A stretch of 56,202 nucleotides of DNA, filler included, from Sphacelaria rigidula (taxonomy: Eukaryota): NCBI GenBank assembly GCA_964200075.2. It is 4 parts of 4 records of this genome, joined end to end, with 100 filler letters (N's around TTAATTAATTAA, not from the genome) between each part and the next. Parts side by side here need not be neighbours in the genome. Positions count along the whole stretch, not along the records: positions 28,156 to 42,129 come from CAXNAA020002538.1; positions 42,230 to 56,202 come from CAXNAA020002539.1; 2 more parts are not named here. The stretch is one strand, 5' to 3'. The translations under genes were made by a program, and so were the position numbers. Under the pieces are notes generated by a model. It was not told the DNA's origin and ran no database searches. It was given only the letters and a program-made list of their open reading frames with translations. Below are positions 37,772 through 49,686 of the stretch, one piece after another. Positions within the stretch are counted from its first letter, which is position 1. Each line of letters starts with the position of its first letter.

Positions 37772-40700
37772 CTACTCTTCTCGATCACTCTCCACGTACT
37801 CATATGACATATCTTCAGATCCCACCATAGATCCCCCGGAATCCATCCCGGCCGAAGACATTGGGGAAGACCTACATGGCGTCCCTGACCCCGACCCCGA
37901 CCATGCCCCTGAACCAGACCCCGACCCCTGGGGAAGCTTCAGGTGCGGCGAGGTGTTCGTGTTTGTGGGTCGGGAACGATGTCCGCCCTTCCCTCTCCCC
38001 CCCCCTCCTCCACTTGACCAAGGTCTTCTTCGCGACGAAGCGCTAAATTCTTGGGGGTGGCGAGGTTCTAACTCGGCTGCCGCAGCCTCCAAAAACACTG
38101 CAGCTTGCGGGTGGTTGTTGAGGAGGGCCGTTGCATGCGCCGAGTTCCCTGCAAGGTCGAGATTGTCAATCCTGCTCGACAGTCGGTTTCAACAAGTCAA
38201 CCAAGTGGTGGTGGGGGTCGATACTTTCTCAGTCCCACGCTTTGTTGGAGGAACGACAAGGAATACTAGCCAATGACTAGTCAAATACCAGTCAGTACTG
38301 TCAAGTGCTAGTCACGTACTCGTCAAGCGTGGAGCTGTTATAAGACAAGAGGGGACAAATGAGGAAGACAGAGTGGCTTCACTAATGATTGACCAGCATG
38401 CCAACAGTGCCAACAGGCAGGCTGTTATTCGTCACTCGAGTTTATTCGAAAGGTCTCTTCCTCTGCCTTCCTCGAGTATACTACATGCTACAATCATCCA
38501 CCGCCGTACATCTCCAAACCCTACAGGATTGCCACGGCCTTGCGGAGCGGTACACTACTACTAATATCTACACTACCATGTACACTAGTCCCAATCCCAA
38601 TCAAGCGAGCGCACGGAGCCCCGTTCTGAACAGTATTAGTCCGCCTGCACCGAAACAAGTGCATCGTTGTAGCAGCTGCACTGTGCACTGCACTACACTA
38701 GCAGCCGTACTACTACACTAGCAACACTAGCAAAGACACGTGTACCACTACATCGTTCTCAACGAAACTTTAACGAAACTTCCTCGCTCACCTGAACGGT
38801 CCGCCATCCATCATCAAGCTGTGATCCCGCACAGCCACTGGTTCGTGAGCATCATCCTTGCCACCGCCACCGCCACCCGCCGTAGCAGCTGTAGCCGCTG
38901 TAGCAGCAGCAGCAGCTGCCGCAGCCGCCGCCGCGGCCATCGACGTCGCCTGTGGACCTACAGCACCGCCCGGGCCGGCGACACTGTTCCCCTTACCCTT
39001 CCGCATTTCTGCCACTATCACTCGTAGCACGGAAATGTGGCCCCCGCTGGCAGCGTGATGCAACGGGGTTCGACCTTCTTTGTCTCTGGTACGGTAGGGA
39101 ACGGTTGCGCGTATAAGCTCCGAGACCACCTGGTGGGCTCCGCTGGCAGCCGCGAGGGCCATGGGTCCCTTTTTGTCGTATATTGTTGAGTGTTGAGTGT
39201 TGCGTATTGACAGTTTTGCGAAGTCACGGAGGGAGGGAGGGAGGAGGGAGGAGGGAGGGAAAAGGGAATGAAGGACGGAATAGGGGCACGATCATGGGTG
39301 CGAAGTATAACGATATCATGAGCATTCCAGATATGGTCATCACCGACCGAGCGGCGGGAAGGGGGGGGGCAGGAAGAAGCGCAAACGCTCGCCGTACTCT
39401 GTCCGCTATTTTTCTTCCTTCAAAGCACTTGAATACAACAAATGATACACGCCTACATGCGGAAAATCGCCACGACTCACTCGCCGTTTTGTCGCCAACC
39501 ATGCTTGGAAAATGTTTGTATGTGTGCATGTATTGGAATACTGTGAGGAACGTTGGCATACTGTTAGAAACAGTGAATCCTATATCAGAGGCAGCCCGTG
39601 CTTCTCTCAGCGCTCACCATGCCGTCTTCGTTCGTCTTGCAAGGGCAGCAGGCCATCTTGGCTAAACGGCTTCGGTTCAAGCCAGGGACCCCGCTGACAA
39701 AAAAAGTACGCAAGGAGAGAAGCAAATCAAAATTTGCAGTGGGGTTAGACAAATAAATGCTATGGACTGCAAAACACGGCATCATAGGATTCACCAGAAA
39801 ATGAGTGTGGTCCAGTACATGCTGTAGCTACGACAACCGATATCCAAAGCCAAACGCCGTGGCATTAGTGATCGACAAGGGCGTTACAGGGAGAACAGGG
39901 AGGTAAGGAAACTCGCGTGAGGCATGGTGACCGGTACTCCATGTTACATGAACACGCCACAAGAGGTGTCTGTACAATAAACATCCATCGTATCTACATT
40001 TTTTTTTCGACGATCACCAACTTACTCTTACATCATCTACACGCCCTGGACAAAAGATTATATTGTAAGAAAATGTACTGCATACAGTGTGGAATTTATT
40101 GTCTATTGCAATAGGCGCAATAGTCGATACTGTACGCAGTACATTTCTTTACTGTATATTCAATTGTCCAGGGTGTGATAATCTACTTCTTCTTGTCATT
40201 CTAATCTTTACATTAAACGTCGTTCCGATATCGACTGTGCTCAGGAATACTCGACCCAGCTCTCATGGGCTCAACTTCGAGAAGCGCCTCTTACACATGA
40301 AAACGCAAGGGACATCGATGCAGAAGTACCTGCTGCCCACAGCTTTGGCCTTCAACAGCACCCGCACGACGAACACCTTTCCACCTTGCGCTGCATGGGC
40401 GAGGGGCGTCATTCCTCGAACGTCTGTTTTAGAGGCATCGGCCCCTTCTTCCAACAAGCACTTCGCCATAGCTTCGTTTCCTGACACACACGAAACCCCG
40501 CACAGCAAACTTTCAAACAAGCTGCTCGTACCCACACACTGTGCATATTTCGAGCTTCAAACCCAGAAGGCGGGACAGCGTAGCACCAACTTGACGTCCC
40601 AACATACTACCACCGCGCGCATCCACGGTTGGTGCACTCCTGTGCAACAGCATGCTACAGCAGCCTACACTGCGTGCACGAGGATTAACACATGCATCTG

Positions 40701-41145
40701 CTTTCAAACTGTCAAGTTTGGGCAGGAAAGAGAGTACATTTCCCCCCATGGTTGGAAGACAAAAAAGTGGCAGCTAGCCTCACAGCATGAAGGGGCACAA
40801 CGCGACGGGAAACCAAAACTCATGACTACGCATGAGTCACGTAAAATCGGCCAAGCATGCGGTGGACCCAAGTGGACCCAAACCAGACGTTACTCGATTC
40901 AGAATGGCTATAAATATTTCTAGCTACGTATCACTGCTGTTTCAACACAATGAAAACAATCACTTCACAACCTTAGCCGGCTCTGATGCCACAGCGCGAG
41001 AGCACATGCACATGGACACTCACCGTATACGGCGGCGAGAGCAAGAGGAGAAAGTCCGTCAGCCCCAGGTAAGTCGACGAACGCATTCGGCGGCGTGCCC
41101 AAACCAAATCGGAGCGCGGTCAAAACACGAGACGGGACCTCCGTC
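37772..41145 (-). CDS. Ankyrin-repeat protein, last five exons (41145-41024, 40480-40330, 39693-39618, 39168-38792, 38171-37772); 5' part not found
   Basis: All four introns are GT-AG with compatible phases. Spliced ankyrin motifs: DGLSPLALAAVYGNEAMAKCLLEEGAD, RGMTPLAHAAQGG, DGMGPMALAAASG, EGRTPLHHAASGGH, LAGNSAHATALLNNH. Ends in a Ser/Gly-rich tail. Confidence 0.9.
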
Positions 41146-41619
41146 CTGATGCACGTAGCACACAACCAGGTGGAGATGAAGGGGGACGGGGCGGTGTCAC
41201 ACCACGATCAATGCAAGGTTTGCAGATAGCTATGTGCTTACTCAAGTGTGCTTTTCCTGAGAGCGGTGACTACCTAGCTTGCCGCATGCACGCAATGAAA
41301 CGAACTCAAGCCCGCTCGCATTTATGGCTGAACGACTCGTTGGTGAAGTCATTCAGGGCACTGTCGAACCGAGGTGAGGGTGAGCGACGGACAACGGGTG
41401 GATACTGAGGAAACGGTCGCGGGTGTCTTCTGCTCATAGCCTTCGACCTCTCTCCGATACTGGGCGTATCTGCACCCGACTTTCCGCCACCGGGTTCAAA
41501 CAAAAGACAGAAGAGTCCAGCAACCGCTCGACGCATCCATTACCGGGATGTGGTACACTGATACTGAGTGCCTTGTCTACTATCAACAGGATAACTTTGT
41601 ATATTTTAGTCATACTTTC

Positions 41620-41860
41620 ATTTCAGCCTGTGCCCTCACTTCGGATGGGTCCACACTTTCGAGGGGTCAGCCCATCTCTCTCCCGGTACATGTCTGATAT
41701 TTTGACATCGCGGATTGGATCCTGACTACAAGCACTCCCGCACCGCGTCCGTTCTCAACTGCTGTTTGCTACTCACACACTCCCGCTTTCAAAGACAAAA
41801 AAAAAAGTGACTGTGCGTGTGGCTTTAGAACGAAGTTGAATGGAACGGCGACTCGACCCC
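41620..41860 (-). mobile_element. Interspersed repeat (SINE-like family B), diverged
   Basis: Shares GAGGGGTC-GCCCATCTCTC, CGCGGATTG, AGCACTCCCGCA and CTGTTTG-TACTCAC with the copies at 25245 and 32318. Confidence 0.45.
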
Positions 41861-42129
41861 TGCGAATCAGATCAAGCATAATGACGCACACGGAGTGGCC
41901 CATGGCATCATGAGATTATCACAAGCACCCTGGTATATAGTACAACACAAGCACCGCGCTGTCACCATACACATAAAAGCACAGAATAAACACGGGAGGA
42001 GCGTGCACGCATTGCCGACGATTCCGCACGAGTGTTCTCAGGTTCAAAAGTTTCACGGTTGGGACGAATCATTACGGGTTCGAATCACCAAATTCCCGAT
42101 TGCTTCGACCCGATTGCCCAAAAGGAAGA

Positions 42130-42229
42130 NNNNNNNNNNNNNNNNNNNNNNNNNNNNNNNNNNNNNNNNNNNNTTAATTAATTAANNNNNNNNNNNNNNN
42201 NNNNNNNNNNNNNNNNNNNNNNNNNNNNN
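42130..42229. other. Artificial contig linker
   Basis: 100-bp N spacer with TTAATTAATTAA. Confidence 0.97.
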
Positions 42230-42465
42230 GATGAGCACCGTGTTGACCCAACTCCACCACCACACCACAGCCTTGGTCAAGGGTAGCAGTGAGAAGGAAT
42301 CATTCCTTGAAGGTGATTCCGGCCCTACACCCGCCGGAAATACCCTCCCCACGCCGTACCGATAAGACCCGTCATGACCTTCGTTGGAGGACGGGGAACG
42401 GAGCAACAAATACTCTACTCAAAGTTTGCGTAGGTTTGCTCCAGGGGTCAACTAGCCTTTTATTA

Positions 42466-42675
42466 GAGGTATCTCAAACTCGGCTCCCGGTATCCTGGTT
42501 TATTTTCTGGCTCCAAGTTGTCTGCTATTTTTTCAAGTGAAAGTGATCGCGATTCACAGGAGGACCTGACCCGGCGGTCAACGGGTCTCATCATCTGATG
42601 GATCGGCATCACTTTCACTTGAAAAAGTAGAACAAAACCAAACCAGGATACCGGGAGCCGAGTTTGAGATACCTC
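42466..42675. mobile_element. 210-bp MITE with perfect 36-bp TIRs
   Basis: GAGGTATCTCAAACTCGGCTCCCGGTATCCTGGTTT at 42466 and its exact reverse complement ending at 42675. The interior is also partly palindromic. Confidence 0.85.
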
Positions 42676-43523
42676 AATTATGCTACAACCCAAAGTGTCG
42701 TGAAACAATTTGGTAGGTCGCCGTTAGCGCCGTTCGGATAAGCTGGTCACTCTCGATTAGATCTTGAACTCTCAATCTCACGAAAACATCGTTAGTTGAG
42801 GCCTGCACTTTACAGTTGCAGAGGAGTGAGAGGTATCAATTGAGACGGAGGGCGCTACGAAGGCATCGACGGAAACTGTTTCCGTCGATAACGCGTAAAC
42901 AGCAGCGCACAGCTTCCTGCTTCGTCTTCTGTGTTTCGGTCGACTTGGATAACATACATGGGACTGGTGTTCTATAGTAGTCCCATAGCACATCAAGAAC
43001 AGGTTCGCCCTGGGCCAGTCACTAGCTGTCTACTTCAGTTCTTTTGTTTTGCCCATCTGCTTCGTTGGTACTTCGTGGTTCTAAAGGTTTCAATGTGTTT
43101 CGACCGTAGCATAGGTCGACGGCTGGTCCGTCAAATGAGGAAAGTGAAGAAGACAACAAAAGTGCGACTTGTACACGGCGGGACGCTTGATGCGGAGCTG
43201 CCGAACGCCAAACCCCAGTTGACAATTGCCAATTGCATGATGTGGAGCATTTTGAGCATGATGCAGTACATGCTCACTACACCTCGAAGTGATGTAGCAG
43301 ATATATGCCTAGGATATATGTCAAGATTAATCATTTGAGAACACGACGTCCGAAAATAGAAAACAAACGGTAACCCGCGACGACAAATGCAAAAATACAC
43401 CATGGGTTGATATTCAACCACGTGTGTGTTTGTCGGTCCGGACGTGGACAATTTTGCGCTCTTACCCCCACGTGTTGCCAGCCCTTTTTTAATTTTTTCC
43501 CCATTCTCCGCTCCTCACGGAGA

Positions 43524-43949
43524 AACAGCCTGGATCCGTTTTTGAGGTTCAACATCCGGGTCAGGTTCAACTCGTAAACAGTGCTTTTCCTGACCTAACG
43601 TCATGGCCAATGAATGTCATACGGACGACCTCATGCCCCCCAACCTCCTTAAAACTATTTTTGGGAGTTGCCCGCCTTCCGCGCTCCCAAAGCGTTTATG
43701 CGAAAGCACAAATTTGGGGCTAAAAATGTCTCATTTTTCGCCCCGATATCGAGGCAAAAAAAGGTGCTTTCGCACATACTCTTTGGGGGTACGGAAGGCG
43801 GACAACCCCCAAAACTAGTTTGAAGGAGGTCGGGGGGCATGAGGTCGTTCATATGAAATCTATTGATCATGACTTGAGGTCAGGGAAAGCACTGTTTACG
43901 AGTTGAACCTCACCCAGATGTTGAACCTCGAAAACGGATCCAGGCTGTT
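43524..43949. mobile_element. ~425-bp fold-back palindrome (non-autonomous TIR element)
   Basis: AACAGCCTGGATCCGTTTT-GAGGTTCAACATC...GATGTTGAACCTCGAAAACGGATCCAGGCTGTT, with ~190-bp arms. Confidence 0.85.
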
Positions 43950-46900
43950 GAGTCTCTGCTGCTGTATACTACAGATGAGTGATTTTCTCATCGCTCATGA
44001 CACTTTCTACCATGGCCCATCCCCACAACCAGCCCGAACGTGTCACTAAAACCAATGGCCATATAACGCCTGGTGTTTGGGTTCGGGCTGCATGAAGCGC
44101 CTCATATTGGCGACATTGTCTAGAACGAACCCAAGCGTGGAAATTCCCAGCTGCTCGTTGTGCTCGGCTTTCCCATTTCGATTTACGTGAAGATTTTACC
44201 AGAGCCATGAACGTTTCTGAGGGGGACTATCGTGGGAAGTGTCTCATCGCTTTGAATGGGATTTTAATTTCATGCAGGCCTCTGAGCTCCTCAATGTGAA
44301 GGGTTGCAAGGGTCACATATTTTACAACTATCAACATTGTTTTAGGGGAAACAAGCCAAATACCGTTATTTTTCTTGCCTCTCATGTTCAAGCTGACGCA
44401 GCCAGTTAACAAAACCTGACTAGCTAGAGCTACCAATCCTCAGCCCTATTAGATTTAGTTGATATTTCATGCTTCGGCCACGTGCTACAGCACTTCCTCA
44501 TAAAGTTTACTACTACGTGCCATTGCCTTTGACACTGGACTTTGCAGGGGCAGCGGACGTATTCGAGCCAGAAACCCCCCAGCGCAAGCAAGCGCTTCTC
44601 GCCTACCTCGACTGGTAGGCTGACGTCCATGCTCAGCACTTCCCGCGCACATGTAGGCGAGAACATCGTCTCCCATCTTTGTGGGTTTGTCCTCTCCGTA
44701 CTTCAGGACTATACCACAGGCATTTTATGACAGTTACAACCCACGGGTATTGTCACGTATTGACGCCCCCTCTTCATATCTAATATTTTTCCAAAAACAA
44801 ATGCGAACCGTCAGAAACTACTTCGCTATTTGTTTATCTTTCATTTTAGTATACTCCTTCTTCTCCGTCGGTTTGTTCACGTTACATGACGCGCACACCA
44901 GGCTAGTATTGTTACGCGGTCAGCCGTGCTCGTCTTACGTGGATTTCATCGGAACACCTCCCTGATTTTTCCCTCCGTTCCCGTTTTGCGGTGTTGGACT
45001 CGCCACTGAAGGTTCCCCGACTCGCGAGCAGTCGTACTGCACACCCACGGTCGGCGGTAAACTGTTTTGCCCGGTCAGTAGCATACGCGCAATTTGAAGC
45101 GTCATGCTCGAGATGTGAACAATAATATCACCATCGCACCATGTGAACTTCGACGTAGTAGTCGAAGAAGACACGATGTCGATATCCCGCTATATCCTTT
45201 CATGTGTTGACCACAGACCGAGAGCGATTGGCTGCAATCGTCATTTGAGCACAGGCGACATGGAGGCACCGAAGTTCGTCTTCATGCAGCGGTGCAGCAA
45301 CCACACTTCTCCCTCCCCGGCGTTACCCCCACTGTAATCGGTAAGCCAAGCAAAATGAAGATCGCACTCTCGCGCATACTCATTCATCACCGACGCGTGT
45401 CCGGGATACGCGCTACGCAATTATAGAGCTGAACTCTTTTCAGGATGATGCGCAACTCAGGATCAACTTCAAATGTTTCAAATAAACCCTGAGTTGGTAG
45501 CCACTGTCCTTCTCGGAGTTTCGTCATATCCTCGCCTCGAACCTCAATATCATAAGATATCCCTGACTTTTTGGACCAGACCTCCCCTTCCCCTCCCATA
45601 TGACTAAGGCATGCAAGATCATGAGTACAGCCCCCTCCTCCCGAAGTCTCAAGGAAGCGGGTACCTCAAGAATATCCTTACTTACGGAATTCGTCAATCT
45701 GATTCATTCTTCATTAAAAAACTATTCCATTCTTTGCTGGTGGTCTGGGGTAAACGTCTTGTCCTCCTTTAGTAGTGCAACCGTTCGCTATCTTCTTACT
45801 GGTCCATGATTTGCGTTTTCATCGTAAAATATGTGAGCGAGGGCACACCCGCAATTCACCACACATTACGTCTAGCCATTGAACAAATCAAAATACAATT
45901 TTTCTCTCAATGAAATTTGTGGTTTATTCTCGCCTATGTTCGTGTTGGCATCGAAGTCTTGCATGAAGTTCGCTTTTACTCAGTCTATATTATTTGGAGG
46001 TGGAACACCAAAGAACAACGTGAGTGATTTGTTGACTGCTTATTGGTTTATGACTTGTGTCGGGGTCAGCGCTTTTTTGTTATCGATATTTGGAAAGATG
46101 GGAGGCTATGTGGGTGAAGAAAACCTCGATTGATCGTAATAACAGGATATCGCACCCCACAATCGTTACGGTTCTCTCACGCATTTCATAGATCGTGTTC
46201 TTCATCAGACCGCGCGTTTGTAAAACAAAAAACTTGGTGTCCGTACTCTGAAACCACTACGGTGGCTTGTGTCCCTCGACCGAACGACCATGCTCTCGCA
46301 CGGTGCGCAGGGTGACGACTGGCAGGCGATATGCGGAGCGTCACCACGAACAGCTCGAAAACTGTGCGGGAGAGAAAAAGCATGTCGTGCTGGCTTACCT
46401 CGGTTCCCTCGTAGCCAGCGACACAATTTGCCGCTTTCTGCCAGTGGCGGCGTCGAATTTGCTGTCAGGAAAACGGGGGCCGAACAACTGCTTGTCCAGT
46501 ACGGCTGGGATGGCCGATGACTTTTCCCCGACAAATTTCGTGATGATCGGTCATGCATGCACATGAAGGTTGAAGGATGACTCTCCTTACTCATCACAGT
46601 AGTCAGAGCAGCGACGCCGGGGGCTTCGACGACGCTCACGTAGGAGTGTGGGTAAAAATATCTTTCTTACTTTGTACTTCAGTGCGTTGGGTGTTTTCCG
46701 AGGCAAAAAGGACACGATAGGTTTATACGCCCGTGCGAGGGGATGTGGGTATGTTATGATCTACGGTGCGTCTCAATGTACGAGGAGGACTGATCATAAG
46801 CTGGATAGTAGGAAGACATATGAAGACATGATGTGGAATCGGAACAGATGGCATCGATAAGTGACGAACAGAAACGACCGACCTAGTGAAAGCAGTATGA

Positions 46901-47404
46901 TATGTTTGCCGTCGCTGTCGAGTGATCGTCGATGGTCCATCATGTACGTTGAAATCCGGGTGAAGAGTTCGATCGACACTTCCAGCCATGGTTCGTGCTA
47001 TATTCCTTGCGATAGTGAAACAATTCTACTGTAAAGATTCTACCCTTAGCACGTCACTGCGGATGAGTATCTACGACAAGGAGGTAAGCAAAGCAGAGCT
47101 GAAGATTGCTATTCGGGCATCGGCCTCGAGGTCTAGAGCCCTGGGACAAATCATCGGCCACCCCAGCCATACTGAACAAGCAGTTCTTCGGTCCCCGTTC
47201 TCCAGACAGTTAAATTCGACGCCGCTGGCAGAAATCGAGGACAGTCGAAGCAATCTACGAACCGAGCAATCTACGAACACCACAATCGCCCAAACCACCG
47301 ACACTTCTTTCCCCTCCCCGAAAATAGTACCGGACAACCACGGATGGTTCTTCTGTCGGGTTTTTTTCACACACCGGACAGCCTTTTGAAACCTCATTTT
47401 CATG

Positions 47405-49686
47405 TAGAACCTCATTTCATGGAATACCCTGTTACATCCTCCGTCCGCAACGTCGCCTCCTTCATCGCCAGAGCTTGCCGGAACAAAGCCTCCACCTCCC
47501 CCGCCGGGTTGAGTCAAACATCTGACCATGTCGTGCACCGTATACGCTACCTGCACATGCTCCGTCCGTAACCTCACCTCCCTGTCCACCAGAGCTTGCC
47601 GGAACAACGACGCCGCCTTCCACGCCCGGTCCGGTAGAGCCAAACATCTGGCCATGTCATGCAGCGTACAAGCTACCTGCACATCCTGCCTCTCCAACCT
47701 CGCCTCCCTGATAGCCAGCAACTGCCGGCAAAAAGCCTCCACCTCCCCTGCCCGTTCCAGTTGAGTCGAACATCTGGTCAACTCTCCCAGCATATGTAAC
47801 AGCTGAACCCGCTCCTCCTCCAACCTCACCCCCCTGGTCGCCGCCACCCGCCGAAACAACGCCTCCGTCTCACCCACCCGCTCCAGTTGAGTCAAACATA
47901 TGGCCAACGCGTACAGTGTGTAAGCTACCTGCGCATCCTTCGTCCCCAATCTCTCCTCCTTGATCGCCGGAGCTCGCCGAGACAACGCCTACAATCCCCC
48001 ACCTGGTCCGGTTGAGGCAAGCATCTGGTCAAGTCATGCAGCGTATCAGCAGCCTGTACATGCTCCGTCCCCAACCTTGCCTCCCTCATCGCCAGAGCTC
48101 GCCGTAACAACGCCTGCGCCTCTCCCACCCGGTCCGGTTGAGTCAAACAACTGGCCAACTCGTGCAGCACATACGCTACCTGAATATGCTCCGTCCGCGA
48201 CCTCGCCTCCCTGTACGCCAGAGCCCGCTGGAACAACGCCTCCGCCTCTCCCACCTGGTCAAGTTGAGTCAAACATCTGGCTACCGCCCGTAGTACATAA
48301 GCTACATGCACGTCCTCCGTCCTCAACCTCGCCTCCCTGATCGCCTTAGCTCGCCGTGACCAAGCCTTCGCCTCCCCCGCCCGCTCCAGTTTAGTCAAAC
48401 ATGCGACCAAGTCGTGCAGCGTACAAACTACCTGCACAAGCTCGTCTCCAACGTGGTCAACTCGATCGCCAGAGCTTGCCGAAACGATGTCTCCACCTCC
48501 CCCGCCCGCTCCAGTCGAGTAAAACATCTGGCCAACTCGTGCAGCGTATAAGCTACCTGCACATCCTCCGTCCCCACCAACCTCGCCTGCTTGATCGCCA
48601 GTGCTCGCCGGAATGACGCCTCCGCCTCCCCCGCCCGCTCGAGTTGAGTCCAGGCCATGTTGGGTAGCGTGTAAGCTATCTCGACATGCTCCGTCTCCAA
48701 CCTGGCCCCCTTCATTGCCAGTGCCCGGCGAAACAACGCATCCGCCTCTGCCGCCCGCTCCAGTCAAGTCAAACATCTGGCCATTTCATGCAGCGTATAC
48801 GCTACCTGCACATCTTCCGTCCCCAACCTCGCCTCCTTGATCGCCAGAGCTCGCCGGAACGACGCCTCCGCCTCTCCCACCTGGTCAAGTTGAGTCAAAC
48901 ATCTGGCTAACACGTGTTGGGCATAAGCTACTTGCACATTCTCCGCCCCCAACTTCGCCCCCTGATCGCCAGCACCTGCCGGAACAAAACCTCCCTCCCC
49001 TCGCCCGCTCCAGTTGATTCGAACATCTGGTCGACTCGTACAGCGTATAAAACAGCTGCACCTGCTCTCTCCTTAACCTCACCTCCCTGCCGCCGCCCGG
49101 CGAAACAACGCCTCCGTCCCCCTCGCTTGCTCCAGTTGAGTCAGACATCTGTCCAACTAGAATAGCGTGGAAGCTACCTGCGCATCGTCCGTCTCCAATC
49201 TCTCCTTCTTGATCGCCGGAGCTCGCCGGGACAACGCTCCCAATCCCCCACATGGTCCAGTTGAGTCAAACAGTGCGCCAAGTCGTGCAGCGTGTGGGCT
49301 GCTTGGACAGTTCCCATCCTCAGCCTCACCTCCTCGATTGCCAAGGGTTGCCGGAACAACGCCTGCGCGCCCCCCGCCCGACCCAGTTTATTAAAACATG
49401 TAGCCAACTCGTACAGCGTACACGTTGCTTGCACATCCACCGTCCCCAACCGTCCCCAACCTCGCTTCCTCCATCGCTAGCACCCGCCGGAACAGCGCCT
49501 CCGCCTCCCCTGCCCGCTCCATTTGAGTGAATCATCTAGCCAAGTCGCCCAGCGTACAAGCTACTTGCACGTCCTCCGTCCCCAACCTCGCCTCCTTGAT
49601 CGCCTTTGGTCACCGTGACCAAGCCTTCGCCTCCCCCGCCCGGCCCAGTTTAGTCAAACATGCGACCAAGTCGTGCAGCGTACAAG
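47405..49686 (-). pseudogene. ~18 degenerate 126-bp TPR repeats continuing beyond the NB-ARC-TPR stop codon
   Basis: The same 42-aa consensus (VQVAYTLHxLARCLTQLERAGEAEALFRRALAIKEARLGTE) appears in shifting frames, with internal stops and indels. Confidence 0.85.

Noticed and set aside
40087-40923. 278-aa plus-strand ORF
   Set aside because: It is antisense to an ankyrin exon and its flanking introns, with no recognisable protein features.
42230-42380. Possible upstream exon of the ankyrin gene (GHDGSYRYGVGRVFPAG...)
   Set aside because: It lies on a different contig beyond the linker. It may be an exon of another gene but cannot be supported here.
47071-48776. 304-aa and 283-aa ORFs as independent TPR genes
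   Set aside because: They are frame-hopping slices of the degenerate TPR tail that begin or end in non-TPR frames.
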